From Cupriavidus necator (GTDB lineage: Bacteria > Pseudomonadota > Gammaproteobacteria > Burkholderiales > Burkholderiaceae): 32,000 bases of DNA. The translations under genes and the position numbers were made by a program. This document shows, piece by piece, positions 19,411-26,639 of this stretch (positions are counted from its first letter, which is position 1; every line of letters starts with the position of its first letter). A model generated the notes under the pieces. The model saw only the letters and a list, made by a program, of their open reading frames with translations, made no database searches and was not told the DNA's origin. The stretch lies in assembly GCF_016127575.1 (NCBI RefSeq), contig NZ_CP066018.1, positions 3,540,001 through 3,572,000 of the forward strand, read 5' to 3'.

Positions 19411-19586
19411 ATGCGCAAAGGCATTATCCCGGCCGTTCCGGCACCCGGCGCTATCCGATTACACGATCGGTATCGAAGCAATTGCTGCCGGTCTCCGACA
19501 AGCCGATGGTCTGTTATCCGCTGCCCACTCTGATGCTGGCAGGGATTCGCGACATCCTGATCATCTCAATGGAGCCTGTCAAATGA
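19411..19586 (+). pseudogene. rmlA: remnant of glucose-1-phosphate thymidylyltransferase gene (N-terminal ~57 codons, frameshifted, rest deleted)
   Basis: ATG..MRKGII in frame 1. After a frame change at about 19435, the next frame reads [44 protein letters not shown], closely matching residues of the intact copy at 1115..2002. Five unrelated codons and a TGA follow, and the TGA overlaps the rmlC ATG. Confidence 0.88.
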
Positions 19587-20134
19587 GCTTGAACGTTATT
19601 CAAACTGACATTCCCGAGGTTTTGATCATCGAACCAAAGGTGTTCGGCGATGATCGCGGCTTCTTTTATGAGAGCTTCAATGGGCGCTTGTTTGAGGAGG
19701 CAACCGGTGTCAAACGAACCTTTGTGCAAGACAATCATTCGCGCTCCACACGCAATGTATTGCGCGGGCTTCACTATCAGATCAAACATCCCCAAGGCAA
19801 GCTGGTGCGGGTGGTGGTGGGCCAGGTGTTTGATGCCGCAGTGGACCTGCGCATGAGCTCGCCAAATTTTGGCAAGTGGGTTGGTGTCATGCTATCCGCA
19901 GAGAACAAGCGCGAGCTGTGGGTGCCAGAAGGCTTCGCCCATGGATTTGTAGTGATATCTGAATATGCGGAGTTTCTCTATAAAACGACGGACTATTGGT
20001 ATCCGGAGCATGAGCGTAGCTTGCTCTGGAACGATACGCGAGTAGGCATCGACTGGCCGATCCATGGCGAACCTGTCCTCGCCGCCAAAGATGCCGCCGC
20101 GAGACCAATCGGACATGCTGAACTGTTTGCGTAG
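19583..20134 (+). CDS. rmlC: dTDP-4-dehydrorhamnose 3,5-epimerase
   Basis: 183 aa. [16 protein letters not shown] and [10 protein letters not shown] motifs. Visibly lower G+C than the neighbouring genes. Confidence 0.93.
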   Translation: MSLNVIQTDIPEVLIIEPKVFGDDRGFFYESFNGRLFEEATGVKRTFVQDNHSRSTRNVLRGLHYQIKHPQGKLVRVVVGQVFDAAVDLRMSSPNFGKWVGVMLSAENKRELWVPEGFAHGFVVISEYAEFLYKTTDYWYPEHERSLLWNDTRVGIDWPIHGEPVLAAKDAAARPIGHAELFA

Positions 20135-20216
20135 GGAACTCAGAAGCGGCAGATGACTTCGATTTCGGAGACGAGCGGCCGGCGAGGCTTCAACCGATCT
20201 TAACGAGACATATCCC

Positions 20217-21602
20217 ATGCAAGTTAGCCCTTCCATCTTCAAAGCCTATGACATCCGCGGCATCGTCGGCGAAACCCTCGCCCGCGACGTGGCCCGCCAG
20301 ATCGGCCTGTCGTTCGGTTCGGCTGCTGCGGAAGCCGGCGAAAAGGCCGTCGTAGTCGGCCGCGACGGCCGCCTCTCCGGCCCCGACCTCATCGGCGGCC
20401 TGGTCGGAGGCCTCCGTGCCGCCGGCATGGACGTGATCGACCTGGGCATGGTCGCCACCCCGATGGTCTACTTCGGGACCAATGTCGAGCTGAATAGCGT
20501 GAAAGCCACTTCCGGAATCATGGTCACCGGCAGCCACAACCCACCCGACTACAACGGCTTCAAGATGGTCCTGGCGGGCAAGGCGATCTACGGCGAGCAG
20601 ATTCAGGCGCTGCGCCAGCGGATCAAGGCCGGCGCCTTCGCGAGCGGGGCCGGCTCCTACCGGGAAGTGGATGTGCGTCAGCAGTACCTCGACCGCATCA
20701 TCGGCGACGTGAAGCTGGCACGCCCCATGAAGATCGCGCTGGACGCCGGCAACGGTGTCGCCGGCGCCTTCGTGGGCGACCTGTTTCGTGGCCTGGGCTG
20801 CGAGGTGACCGAGCTGTTCTGTGAGGTCGACGGCCATTTCCCCAACCACCATCCGGACCCGGCCCACGTCGAGAATCTGCAGGACCTGATGAAGTGCCTG
20901 CGCGAGACCGATTGCGAGCTGGGCCTGGCCTTTGATGGCGACGGCGACCGCCTCGGCGTGGTGACCAAGGACGGCCAGGTGATCTTCCCGGATCGCCAGC
21001 TGATGCTGTTTGCCGAGGAGATCCTGTCGCGCAACCCCGGCGCGCAGGTGATCTACGACGTCAAGTGCACGGGCAAGCTGGCCCCGTGGATTCGCCAGCA
21101 TGGCGGCGAGCCGCTAATGTGGAAGACCGGCCATTCGCTGGTGAAGGCCAAGCTCAAGGAAACCGGCGCACCGATCGCCGGCGAGATGAGCGGGCACGTG
21201 TTCTTCAAGGATCGCTGGTACGGTTTTGATGACGGCTTGTACACGGGCGCGCGCCTGCTGGAAATCCTGTCGCGTCATGCTGACCCCAGCGCCATGCTGA
21301 ATGCGCTGCCGAACGCCAACAATACGCCAGAGCTCCAGCTCAAGTGCGCCGAGGGCGAGCCGTTCACGCTGCTGGACAAGATCAGGGCCAACGCGAAGTT
21401 TGAGGGCGCTCGTGAGGTCATCACCATCGACGGCGTGCGTGTCGAGTACGCCGATGGCTTCGGTCTGGCCCGTCCGTCCAATACCACCCCGGTGGTGGTG
21501 ATGCGGTTCGAGGCGGACAACGACGCCGCGCTGGCGAGGATCCAGGCTGAATTCAAACGTATGATCCTGGCCGAGAAGCCGGATGCGCGGCTGCCCTTCT
21601 GA
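20217..21602 (+). CDS. manB: phosphomannomutase/phosphoglucomutase
   Basis: FKAYDIRG, active-site TGSHNPPDYNGFK, Mg-binding FDGDGDR and GEMSGH motifs. AlgC/XanA-like 461-aa protein. Confidence 0.93.
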   Translation: MQVSPSIFKAYDIRGIVGETLARDVARQIGLSFGSAAAEAGEKAVVVGRDGRLSGPDLIGGLVGGLRAAGMDVIDLGMVATPMVYFGTNVELNSVKATSGIMVTGSHNPPDYNGFKMVLAGKAIYGEQIQALRQRIKAGAFASGAGSYREVDVRQQYLDRIIGDVKLARPMKIALDAGNGVAGAFVGDLFRGLGCEVTELFCEVDGHFPNHHPDPAHVENLQDLMKCLRETDCELGLAFDGDGDRLGVVTKDGQVIFPDRQLMLFAEEILSRNPGAQVIYDVKCTGKLAPWIRQHGGEPLMWKTGHSLVKAKLKETGAPIAGEMSGHVFFKDRWYGFDDGLYTGARLLEILSRHADPSAMLNALPNANNTPELQLKCAEGEPFTLLDKIRANAKFEGAREVITIDGVRVEYADGFGLARPSNTTPVVVMRFEADNDAALARIQAEFKRMILAEKPDARLPF

Positions 21603-21705
21603 GTATGTGCTTGCCCATTGAACATGGCAGGCTTGCGCACCTGCGCCGATAGCAAGGGCTGTATGAGGCTTCCTTAACCCATCTTCTTCAACCTGAAAAA
21701 TCCTC

Positions 21706-21963
21706 ATGTCTGAGTCACTGCTGCTGACTGGCGCCACCGGATATATCGCATCGCATATGTGGGTGGCGCTGCTTGACGGCGGGGCCGATGTCATCGGCCT
21801 GGATAATCTGTGCAACAGCAATCAGATAGTGGTCGAGCGAATTGCCGCAATTTCGGGAAAAACCCCGCATTTTGTCAAAGGTGATGTGCGCGACCGCGCG
21901 CTGCTCGACCGCCTGTTTGCGGAGCATCGCATCACCGCAGTTCAATGCGTACCCGCAACATAG
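21706..21963 (+). pseudogene. galE: 5' fragment of UDP-glucose 4-epimerase gene
   Basis: LLLTGATGYIASHMWVALLDGGADVIGLDNLCNSN...GDVRDRALLDRLFAEHRITAV matches the first ~80 residues of GalE. Homology ends at about 21941, where IHFAG... is expected. Unrelated codons and a stop follow, at the point where the composition changes. Confidence 0.8.
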
Positions 21964-22063
21964 TGGTTCCTTGCTTGATTGGTTCACCGGATGGACACCT
22001 TTATGCGCCGTGCCTTCCGTCGTGACACTGAAGGCGGCCAAAAAAGGGGGCGCGAAGGCGTTG

Positions 22064-22360
22064 CTACTGGGCTTGCTCCATGTCGTCAAGCTTGGCTCGA
22101 AGTGTTTCGACGAGCCAGCAGAGGAAACTTTCCCATCCTTCCCGAGTAATGGCTAAACCCTTGCCACCCTCGACCAGAACGCAGGTTGAGAGATCTCTGT
22201 CTGTAAGCTCAGGCCGGAGCAGTAGCCAACGAGCAAGGATGCTCTCCAATTCGTACGGGACGTCGTGCAGGTAAAGGTAGGAGCCGACTTCAGTCTCGAC
22301 GTAAGGAAGCCCGGCCGGCAGCCAGGCCGACAAAAGCCGCATTTTCTGTTGCAGTGACAT
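22064..22360 (-). CDS. hypothetical protein (98 aa), no family recognised
   Basis: ATG-initiated ORF in lower-G+C DNA. The sequence MSLQQKMRLLSAWLPAGLPYVETEVGSYLYLHDVPYELESILARWLLL... has protein-like composition. No clear SD. Confidence 0.4.
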   Translation of the reverse strand: MSLQQKMRLLSAWLPAGLPYVETEVGSYLYLHDVPYELESILARWLLLRPELTDRDLSTCVLVEGGKGLAITREGWESFLCWLVETLRAKLDDMEQAQ

Positions 22361-22577
22361 AGCAGATCTGGCTAAGACGCCGTTCCGTTCCCATCTGTGA
22401 TGGTAAAGCGGATTCCAGTGGGCGAGTCAGAATGTTGGCCGAAGTGACCTCAGTGGGAACTACACGTAGTCGCCAGAGCGCTGCCATCCAACGTGAGATG
22501 GCCAAAACCAAGCCGCCCAGGGACTCAAAGCCGAGGATTTCTTCCCGAGCGGGAAGATAAGCCGCGCCCGAACCCAA
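22290..22577 (-). CDS. hypothetical ORF (95 aa, TTG start), possibly part of a frameshifted larger gene with 22064..22360
   Basis: This is the only open frame in 22360-22590. It overlaps the downstream ORF by 71 nt in another frame. No recognised motifs. Confidence 0.2.
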   Translation of the reverse strand: MGSGAAYLPAREEILGFESLGGLVLAISRWMAALWRLRVVPTEVTSANILTRPLESALPSQMGTERRLSQICYVTATENAAFVGLAAGRASLRRD

Positions 22578-22596
22578 GTCGGGCAGCTAAACCGCG

Positions 22597-22681
22597 ACGT
22601 AAAGCAGTACGGAAAAGATAAAAAGCGTCTCATAGATCAATGCATGACACCTTTACGTCGAGTTACCGGACAACTTTACGT
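22597..22681. repeat. three copies of an 8-10 bp motif (CTTTACGT[CG]) in mixed orientation
   Basis: ACGTAAAG at 22597-22604 (reverse orientation; extended match CGACGTAAAG), CTTTACGTCG at 22651-22660, CTTTACGT at 22674-22681. The spacing between the two direct copies is 23 bp. Confidence 0.6.
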
Positions 22682-22738
22682 TAGAGGACTCTAATTGGCT
22701 CAGGTACGACAATTCTATTTGGCCCTGACATGCAAAAA

Positions 22739-22779
22739 GCGCATAATGTATATTATGTTAAATTATTATGACGCATAAC
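22739..22779. promoter_or_regulatory. AT-rich nest of CATAAT/ATTATG inverted and direct repeats; candidate minus-strand sigma70 promoter/operator
   Basis: GCGCATAAT-gtat-ATTATG-ttaaatt-ATTATGaCGCATAA. On the minus strand this reads TTGTTA-N18-CATAAT, pointing toward ORFs 22577..22064. Confidence 0.3.
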
Positions 22780-23299
22780 AAAAATATCAGTTTCGCGTAG
22801 GCCAATCGCTAGTCGCGACGGACTGCTCGTGTCCTCTTGTGCTAGCTATAGATGGCTGTTTCGAGCTTTTTGATCTTGGCAAGATATCGTCGAAGGCGAC
22901 CGGCTCTTCATCGAACATCATGGGCGCCATCTCCCTGTAATCCATTCGCAGGTCTTTGACCCGTGCTTCGTTCGGCATCAGACGCAGCGTCCCCGGCCGC
23001 GCGGTACCGTAACTGGACCAGGCCGATCGGAAGAAGATGGCCGCCTTGTGCTTCGCCACTTGTGCCAGAAGGCCGAAGTTAGTGGCGGCAGCTTGCCCTT
23101 CGTTGGTGCCGAGAAGCATGGCCAGGTCGTAGTAATGCCGAGAGAAATACTGAGGTGTTGGCGATTCGGCCGGACGGTGTGCTTCCGCATGTAAGGCCGT
23201 GGCCTTTTCCCAAAAGGTACGCTGCGCTGACGGGACGGTCACGGTGCAGTCGGGGTCTTCGAAGAAGTCGGGATAGTCTTCAGCCGCGTAAGGGCGAAT

Positions 23300-23307
23300 A
23301 ATCTTTT
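23300..23307. repeat. target site duplication, left copy (AATCTTTT)
   Basis: Identical 8-mer immediately outside both IS ends. Confidence 0.9.
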
Positions 23308-24620
23308 GCCTCTTTTGAATTTCAAGTGGGTGGTATCGTGGCGGGTTTCAGGTAAAGAGCAACAAGAGCGATGCATAGCAAACTGTTTGAAGCAGCCCTT
23401 GGCATAAGCGATCCGTGGTTCGTCCGGGAAGTCGACTTCAACGCGCAAACCAAGACGTTGACGATCCAGATTGACTTTGTCGCCGGCAGCCGCTTTTCCC
23501 ACCCGGAGGTCGCCGGTGGGCACCCGGTTCACGACACGGTGACCAAACGCTATCGGCACCTGAACTTCTTCGAGCACGACTGCTATCTGGAAGTCCGCAC
23601 GCCACGCGTGAAGCTTCCCGACGGCCGCGTGGTGTTGGTCGAGCCGGACTGGGCTGGCAAGCTCTCTGGCTTCACGTTGCTGTTTGAAGCCATGGTGGTG
23701 GCGCTTGCGCAGCAGATGCCGTTTTCTGCTGTAGCCAGAACGGTGGGTGAGTCGTGGCATCGCGTGTACGCTATCTGCGAGCGCTATGTCGACCTCGCGG
23801 TGGCCGAACTCGATCTGGCCGGCGTGACCGCTGCCGCCGTTGACGAAACGTCCTACAGGCGCGGTCACAACTACCTGACGCTTGTCGCTGATGCCGACGC
23901 GCGTAAGGTCGTGTTTGTGACCGAAGGCAAGGATGCTGCCACGGTTGGCAAGTTCGCTGCACATCTGCGCGAGAACAACGCTGCGCCTGAGCAGATCGGG
24001 GTGGTCAGTATCGACATGTCGCCGGCGTTCATCAAGGGCGTCAGCGAGCATTTGCCCAACGCGCGCATCACCTTCGACAAGTTCCATGTCGTGGCTCACG
24101 CTTCTGCAGCCGTGGACAAGACCCGGCGTATCGAACAGAAGACCGATCCAAGCCTCAAAGGCCTGCGCTGGACGCTGCTCAAGGATCGCGACGGGTTGCC
24201 AGCCGCGCAGCGTGCCGATCTCGACGCGTTGATCGCCAACGTCACGACCAAACGCACTGCCCGTGCCTGGCTGTATCGCGAGCAGTTGCGCGAAATCCTT
24301 GAGCGCAAGCAGATCAACGTTGTTTCCGCAATGCTCGAGCAGTGGTGCACGAACGTCATGCGATCCAAGGTCGAGCCAATGAAGGAGGTCGCGCGCATGA
24401 TCCGCAAGCATTTCGACGGTATCGTTGCATGGACCCAGACGCGCCAGACCAATGGCTTCCTGGAGGCGCTCAACGGCCTGTTCCAAGCCGCCAAGCGCAA
24501 GGCCCGCGGTTATGTGAGCTTCAAAACCATGCGCACCGTGATCTTCCTGATCGCCGGAAAGCTCGACTTCTCCGCGATCAACCCGCATGCCGCATAACCC
24601 ACTCATTTTTCAAAAGAGCC
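23308..24620 (+). mobile_element. ISL3-family insertion sequence (1313 bp)
   Basis: Imperfect terminal inverted repeats (GCCTCTTTTGAA...AGTGGGT versus GGCTCTTTTGAA...AGTGGGT, 18 of 24 matching) and a single transposase ORF, flanked by the perfect 8-bp direct repeat AATCTTTT. Confidence 0.9.
23371..24597 (+). CDS. ISL3 family transposase
   Basis: 408 aa. N-terminal LGISDPWFVREVDF zinc-ribbon/HTH-like region, AVDETSYRRGHNYLTLVAD and SIDMSPAFIKG DDE-region motifs, C-terminal NGFLEALNGLFQAAKRKARGY. Confidence 0.92.
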   Translation: MHSKLFEAALGISDPWFVREVDFNAQTKTLTIQIDFVAGSRFSHPEVAGGHPVHDTVTKRYRHLNFFEHDCYLEVRTPRVKLPDGRVVLVEPDWAGKLSGFTLLFEAMVVALAQQMPFSAVARTVGESWHRVYAICERYVDLAVAELDLAGVTAAAVDETSYRRGHNYLTLVADADARKVVFVTEGKDAATVGKFAAHLRENNAAPEQIGVVSIDMSPAFIKGVSEHLPNARITFDKFHVVAHASAAVDKTRRIEQKTDPSLKGLRWTLLKDRDGLPAAQRADLDALIANVTTKRTARAWLYREQLREILERKQINVVSAMLEQWCTNVMRSKVEPMKEVARMIRKHFDGIVAWTQTRQTNGFLEALNGLFQAAKRKARGYVSFKTMRTVIFLIAGKLDFSAINPHAA

Positions 24621-24628
24621 AATCTTTT
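24621..24628. repeat. target site duplication, right copy (AATCTTTT)
   Basis: Identical 8-mer immediately outside both IS ends. Confidence 0.9.
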
Positions 24629-24932
24629 CCTCTGTAGGCCAGGGATCGCCGCGCGCTCCCAACTCGAGCTTCACCCGCGGAGTGATGTACGTCATGCCCA
24701 TATATTCGGTTTCGGGCAATGCCGTCGGATAGTGGAAGTTCACCGTCTGGGCATCGTTGGAGTCGATCTCAAGCGACCACTCGTGGCGGCCTCCCCTTCC
24801 CTTAGGCCAAAGAGGCGCTTCAAGGTCCAGCAGACCCAAAAGTCTTTTTCGATGATCGTATTCGCGATCCCTCGGTTGGCGCCGCTCTCACCAAATAGGG
24901 CCGCCCGATCTTCTGCGGGAAGTCGGGCAACC

Positions 24933-25140
24933 TTATCCATCGATTTCAACCGACGCCGTGTTGGCGATCGAGGTCAGCGTCGGGCGCATCCTGGCCGGCG
25001 CTTGGTACGCTGTGGATGCGAGAGTCTTCTTGTCGCTGGCCGACAGGCGATGGGCCGCAATCTGTGCAACGTCGGCGGCACGCACAGGTCCGACATGGCG
25101 TAATGCCTGAAAGACGATCCCCACCGCACTCCCCGGAGCG
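24933..25140 (-). pseudogene. 3' remnant of DUF6088/AbiEi-like antitoxin gene
   Basis: GSAVGIVFQALRHVGPVRAADVAQIAAHRLSASDKKTLASTAYQAPARM resembles the C-terminal ~65 residues of DUF6088 proteins, as I recall them encoded upstream of AbiEii genes. Its stop overlaps the abiEii start by 17 nt. No N-terminal part is present. Confidence 0.6.
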
Positions 25141-25246
25141 ATCAGATACAACAAGGCCGTGATCTACGGCCTGTTGTTCGATGTCGCCGCCGGCACCCTA
25201 CGGACCATCGCCGCCGACCCGAGGCACCTCGGCGCGCAGATTGGCC
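25129..25246 (+). pseudogene. internal fragment of IS91-family (Y2/HUH rolling-circle) transposase gene
   Basis: LPGAIRYNKAVIYGLLFDVAAGTLRTIAADPRHLGAQIG matches the conserved NKAVIYDLLF...TLLTIAADPKHLGARIG block. Homology stops before the expected LHTWG motif. Confidence 0.6.
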
Positions 25247-25442
25247 GAGCGGCTGCGCCAGCTCGCGCGCAGCCTGGAGATGGCCGAGGCGTTCGATCGC
25301 GATTGGTCCTTGCCTCGCGGAGCCGCCCACGCCCAGCGTAGGCCCGAGGCTGGTCGGGGCCGTCGCCCTATGAGCGGGCGCTAGTGCGCTTCGGCTCGGA
25401 TCGCTGGATTTTGGGATTCCCTCACCATAGAGTGATCTCGGC

Positions 25443-26066
25443 ATGATAGCGATTCGGCGCATTCGGCCGCGAACGGTTGCGAGAGCAGCTGGTCGCCCGA
25501 GGAATCTCCTGGGAGGAGGCGGCAGAAATCTTGGCGCAGCGCCGGGGCAGGCCGACCCGGAAGCGCCACCGACGCCCCTGGCCGCCCAGGTGGCGCTAAG
25601 CCCCGGCGCTCCGCGCGGCGGCTACGAGCAAACGCTGGCGTTCAGCGTCCGGTTCGACACCTTGGCGGCCGGCCTTGTTGGGGCCAGAAAGCGCAACAGC
25701 CTGGCCGCCGCACGTGAGGCCGTGGGGGCGGCTGGCTTCGCCGCGCCCGAGTGGTTTCGTGACATCAACGAGACGCCGGACGCCGGCGAAGCTGCCTCGC
25801 AATGGCGCCCGTGGCTGCAAGCCGGTAGCTGGGCGGCGCTGCAGCAGCCCCACAATGTGCTTGCGGCGCGCGCCCTATTCCAGTGGCTAGCGACTTGGGA
25901 TGTCGACTTCTGTCTCGAATACTTTCAGCTGCTCGAACCCAAGCCGCTGCTGCCCCGGGTGGCGCCGATGTTCGATCCGCGCGTGTTCGAGCCCCTGCCC
26001 GAGGCAGGTGTCACGATCAGCTATGAGATCCAACGTGATTCTTCAGATATCTCGCTATCTGCTTGA
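25443..26066 (+). CDS. hypothetical protein, start uncertain, no family recognised
   Basis: 207-aa ORF. The C-terminal two thirds (YEQTLAFSVRFDTLAAGL...WLATWDVDFCLEYFQLLEPKPLLPRV...) look protein-like. The N-terminal third is Arg/Gly/Pro-rich and may be non-coding. Another frame upstream reads RERLREQLVARGISWEEAAEILAQRRGRP. Confidence 0.3.
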   Translation: MIAIRRIRPRTVARAAGRPRNLLGGGGRNLGAAPGQADPEAPPTPLAAQVALSPGAPRGGYEQTLAFSVRFDTLAAGLVGARKRNSLAAAREAVGAAGFAAPEWFRDINETPDAGEAASQWRPWLQAGSWAALQQPHNVLAARALFQWLATWDVDFCLEYFQLLEPKPLLPRVAPMFDPRVFEPLPEAGVTISYEIQRDSSDISLSA

Positions 26067-26120
26067 GTGGGCGGGTACCATATTGCCGCACACGGATGCC
26101 ATGATCTAGGAAACGCGGAT

Positions 26121-26415
26121 ATGAGAGTCAAGATTGCCGGGCCGGTGACGCCTGAGCGGCTGGTCGAGGCGCTATAGCGAGTCGCCCTCACCTTCGAAGG
26201 GGTCTACGGTGACGAGTTCGTTGGGTTTTACGGCGCGAACCTTTATGTGCAGGCACGAAGGACGGCCGGCAGGTATTCATGCCGCGACCAACAAGAGCGA
26301 GCAGTTCAATGACTTCGCGCAGTGGCTGATGGCCTCCCTGCTCTCGGGCAAACGATGCGCCATGGCGGTGACGCTGTCGGACAGGCGCTTGCCTGGGGGT
26401 TTTGTCGCGACGTAG
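26121..26415 (+). pseudogene. degraded small gene of unknown function (in-frame stop plus frameshift)
   Basis: MRVKIAGPVTPERLVEAL-stop-RVALTFEGVYGDEFVGFYGANLYVQA continues in another frame as GRPAGIHAATNKSEQFNDFAQWLMASLLSG. Confidence 0.3.
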
Positions 26416-26639
26416 GCAGTCCAAATCCCCCAGCTGGTATCCCGACGGAGTAGGAAGGGTCGGTATGGCCCCCTCTCCTTCTCTTGTCTCGGATGACCGC
26501 CTTTCGGTGAACCAGCCACTCGGCTCGAAGCGCTCGGACGTCTCAGAAGGGTCGCTAAGAGGCAGATCTGCGAGCTGCTGTTCGCCCGTTCGTCGGCTTG
26601 GTAGACTTCGCTGTTCTATTCGCACTCTCAACGCTCGCA

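Larger units (their letters stand above)
22787..24949 (-). pseudogene. abiEii: nucleotidyltransferase AbiEii/AbiGii-family toxin gene (DUF1814), disrupted by IS insertion and an N-terminal frameshift
   Basis: The N-terminus IIEKDFWVCWTLKRLF lies in frame 24740..24949. The middle YITPRVKLELGARGDPWPTEEKI lies in frame 24603..24839. The C-terminus QRTFWEKATALHAEAHR...SRHYYDLAML lies in 22787..23242. Removing the IS plus one TSD copy joins the middle and C-terminal parts in frame. Confidence 0.85.

Noticed and set aside
20190-21101. 303-aa minus-strand ORF antisense to manB
   Set aside because: Shadow ORF. The plus strand carries all four phosphohexomutase signature motifs.
21617-21640. Stem-loop (GCTTGCC-N10-GGCAGGC) after manB as a terminator
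   Set aside because: The 7-bp stem includes a G-U pair and is not followed by a U-tract. galE' starts about 65 nt later and may be co-transcribed.
22370-22600. Possible tRNA, ncRNA or att site at the island boundary, including the hairpin CTTCCCG-AG-CGGGAAG at 22541-22556
   Set aside because: There is no T-loop or anticodon-arm architecture, the hairpin loop is too small, and no U-tract sits on either strand. Nothing supports an RNA gene.
23239-24606. 455-aa minus-strand ORF spanning the IS
   Set aside because: It is antisense to the ISL3 transposase gene and has no motifs. It also crosses the IS boundary, which a real gene would not be expected to do.
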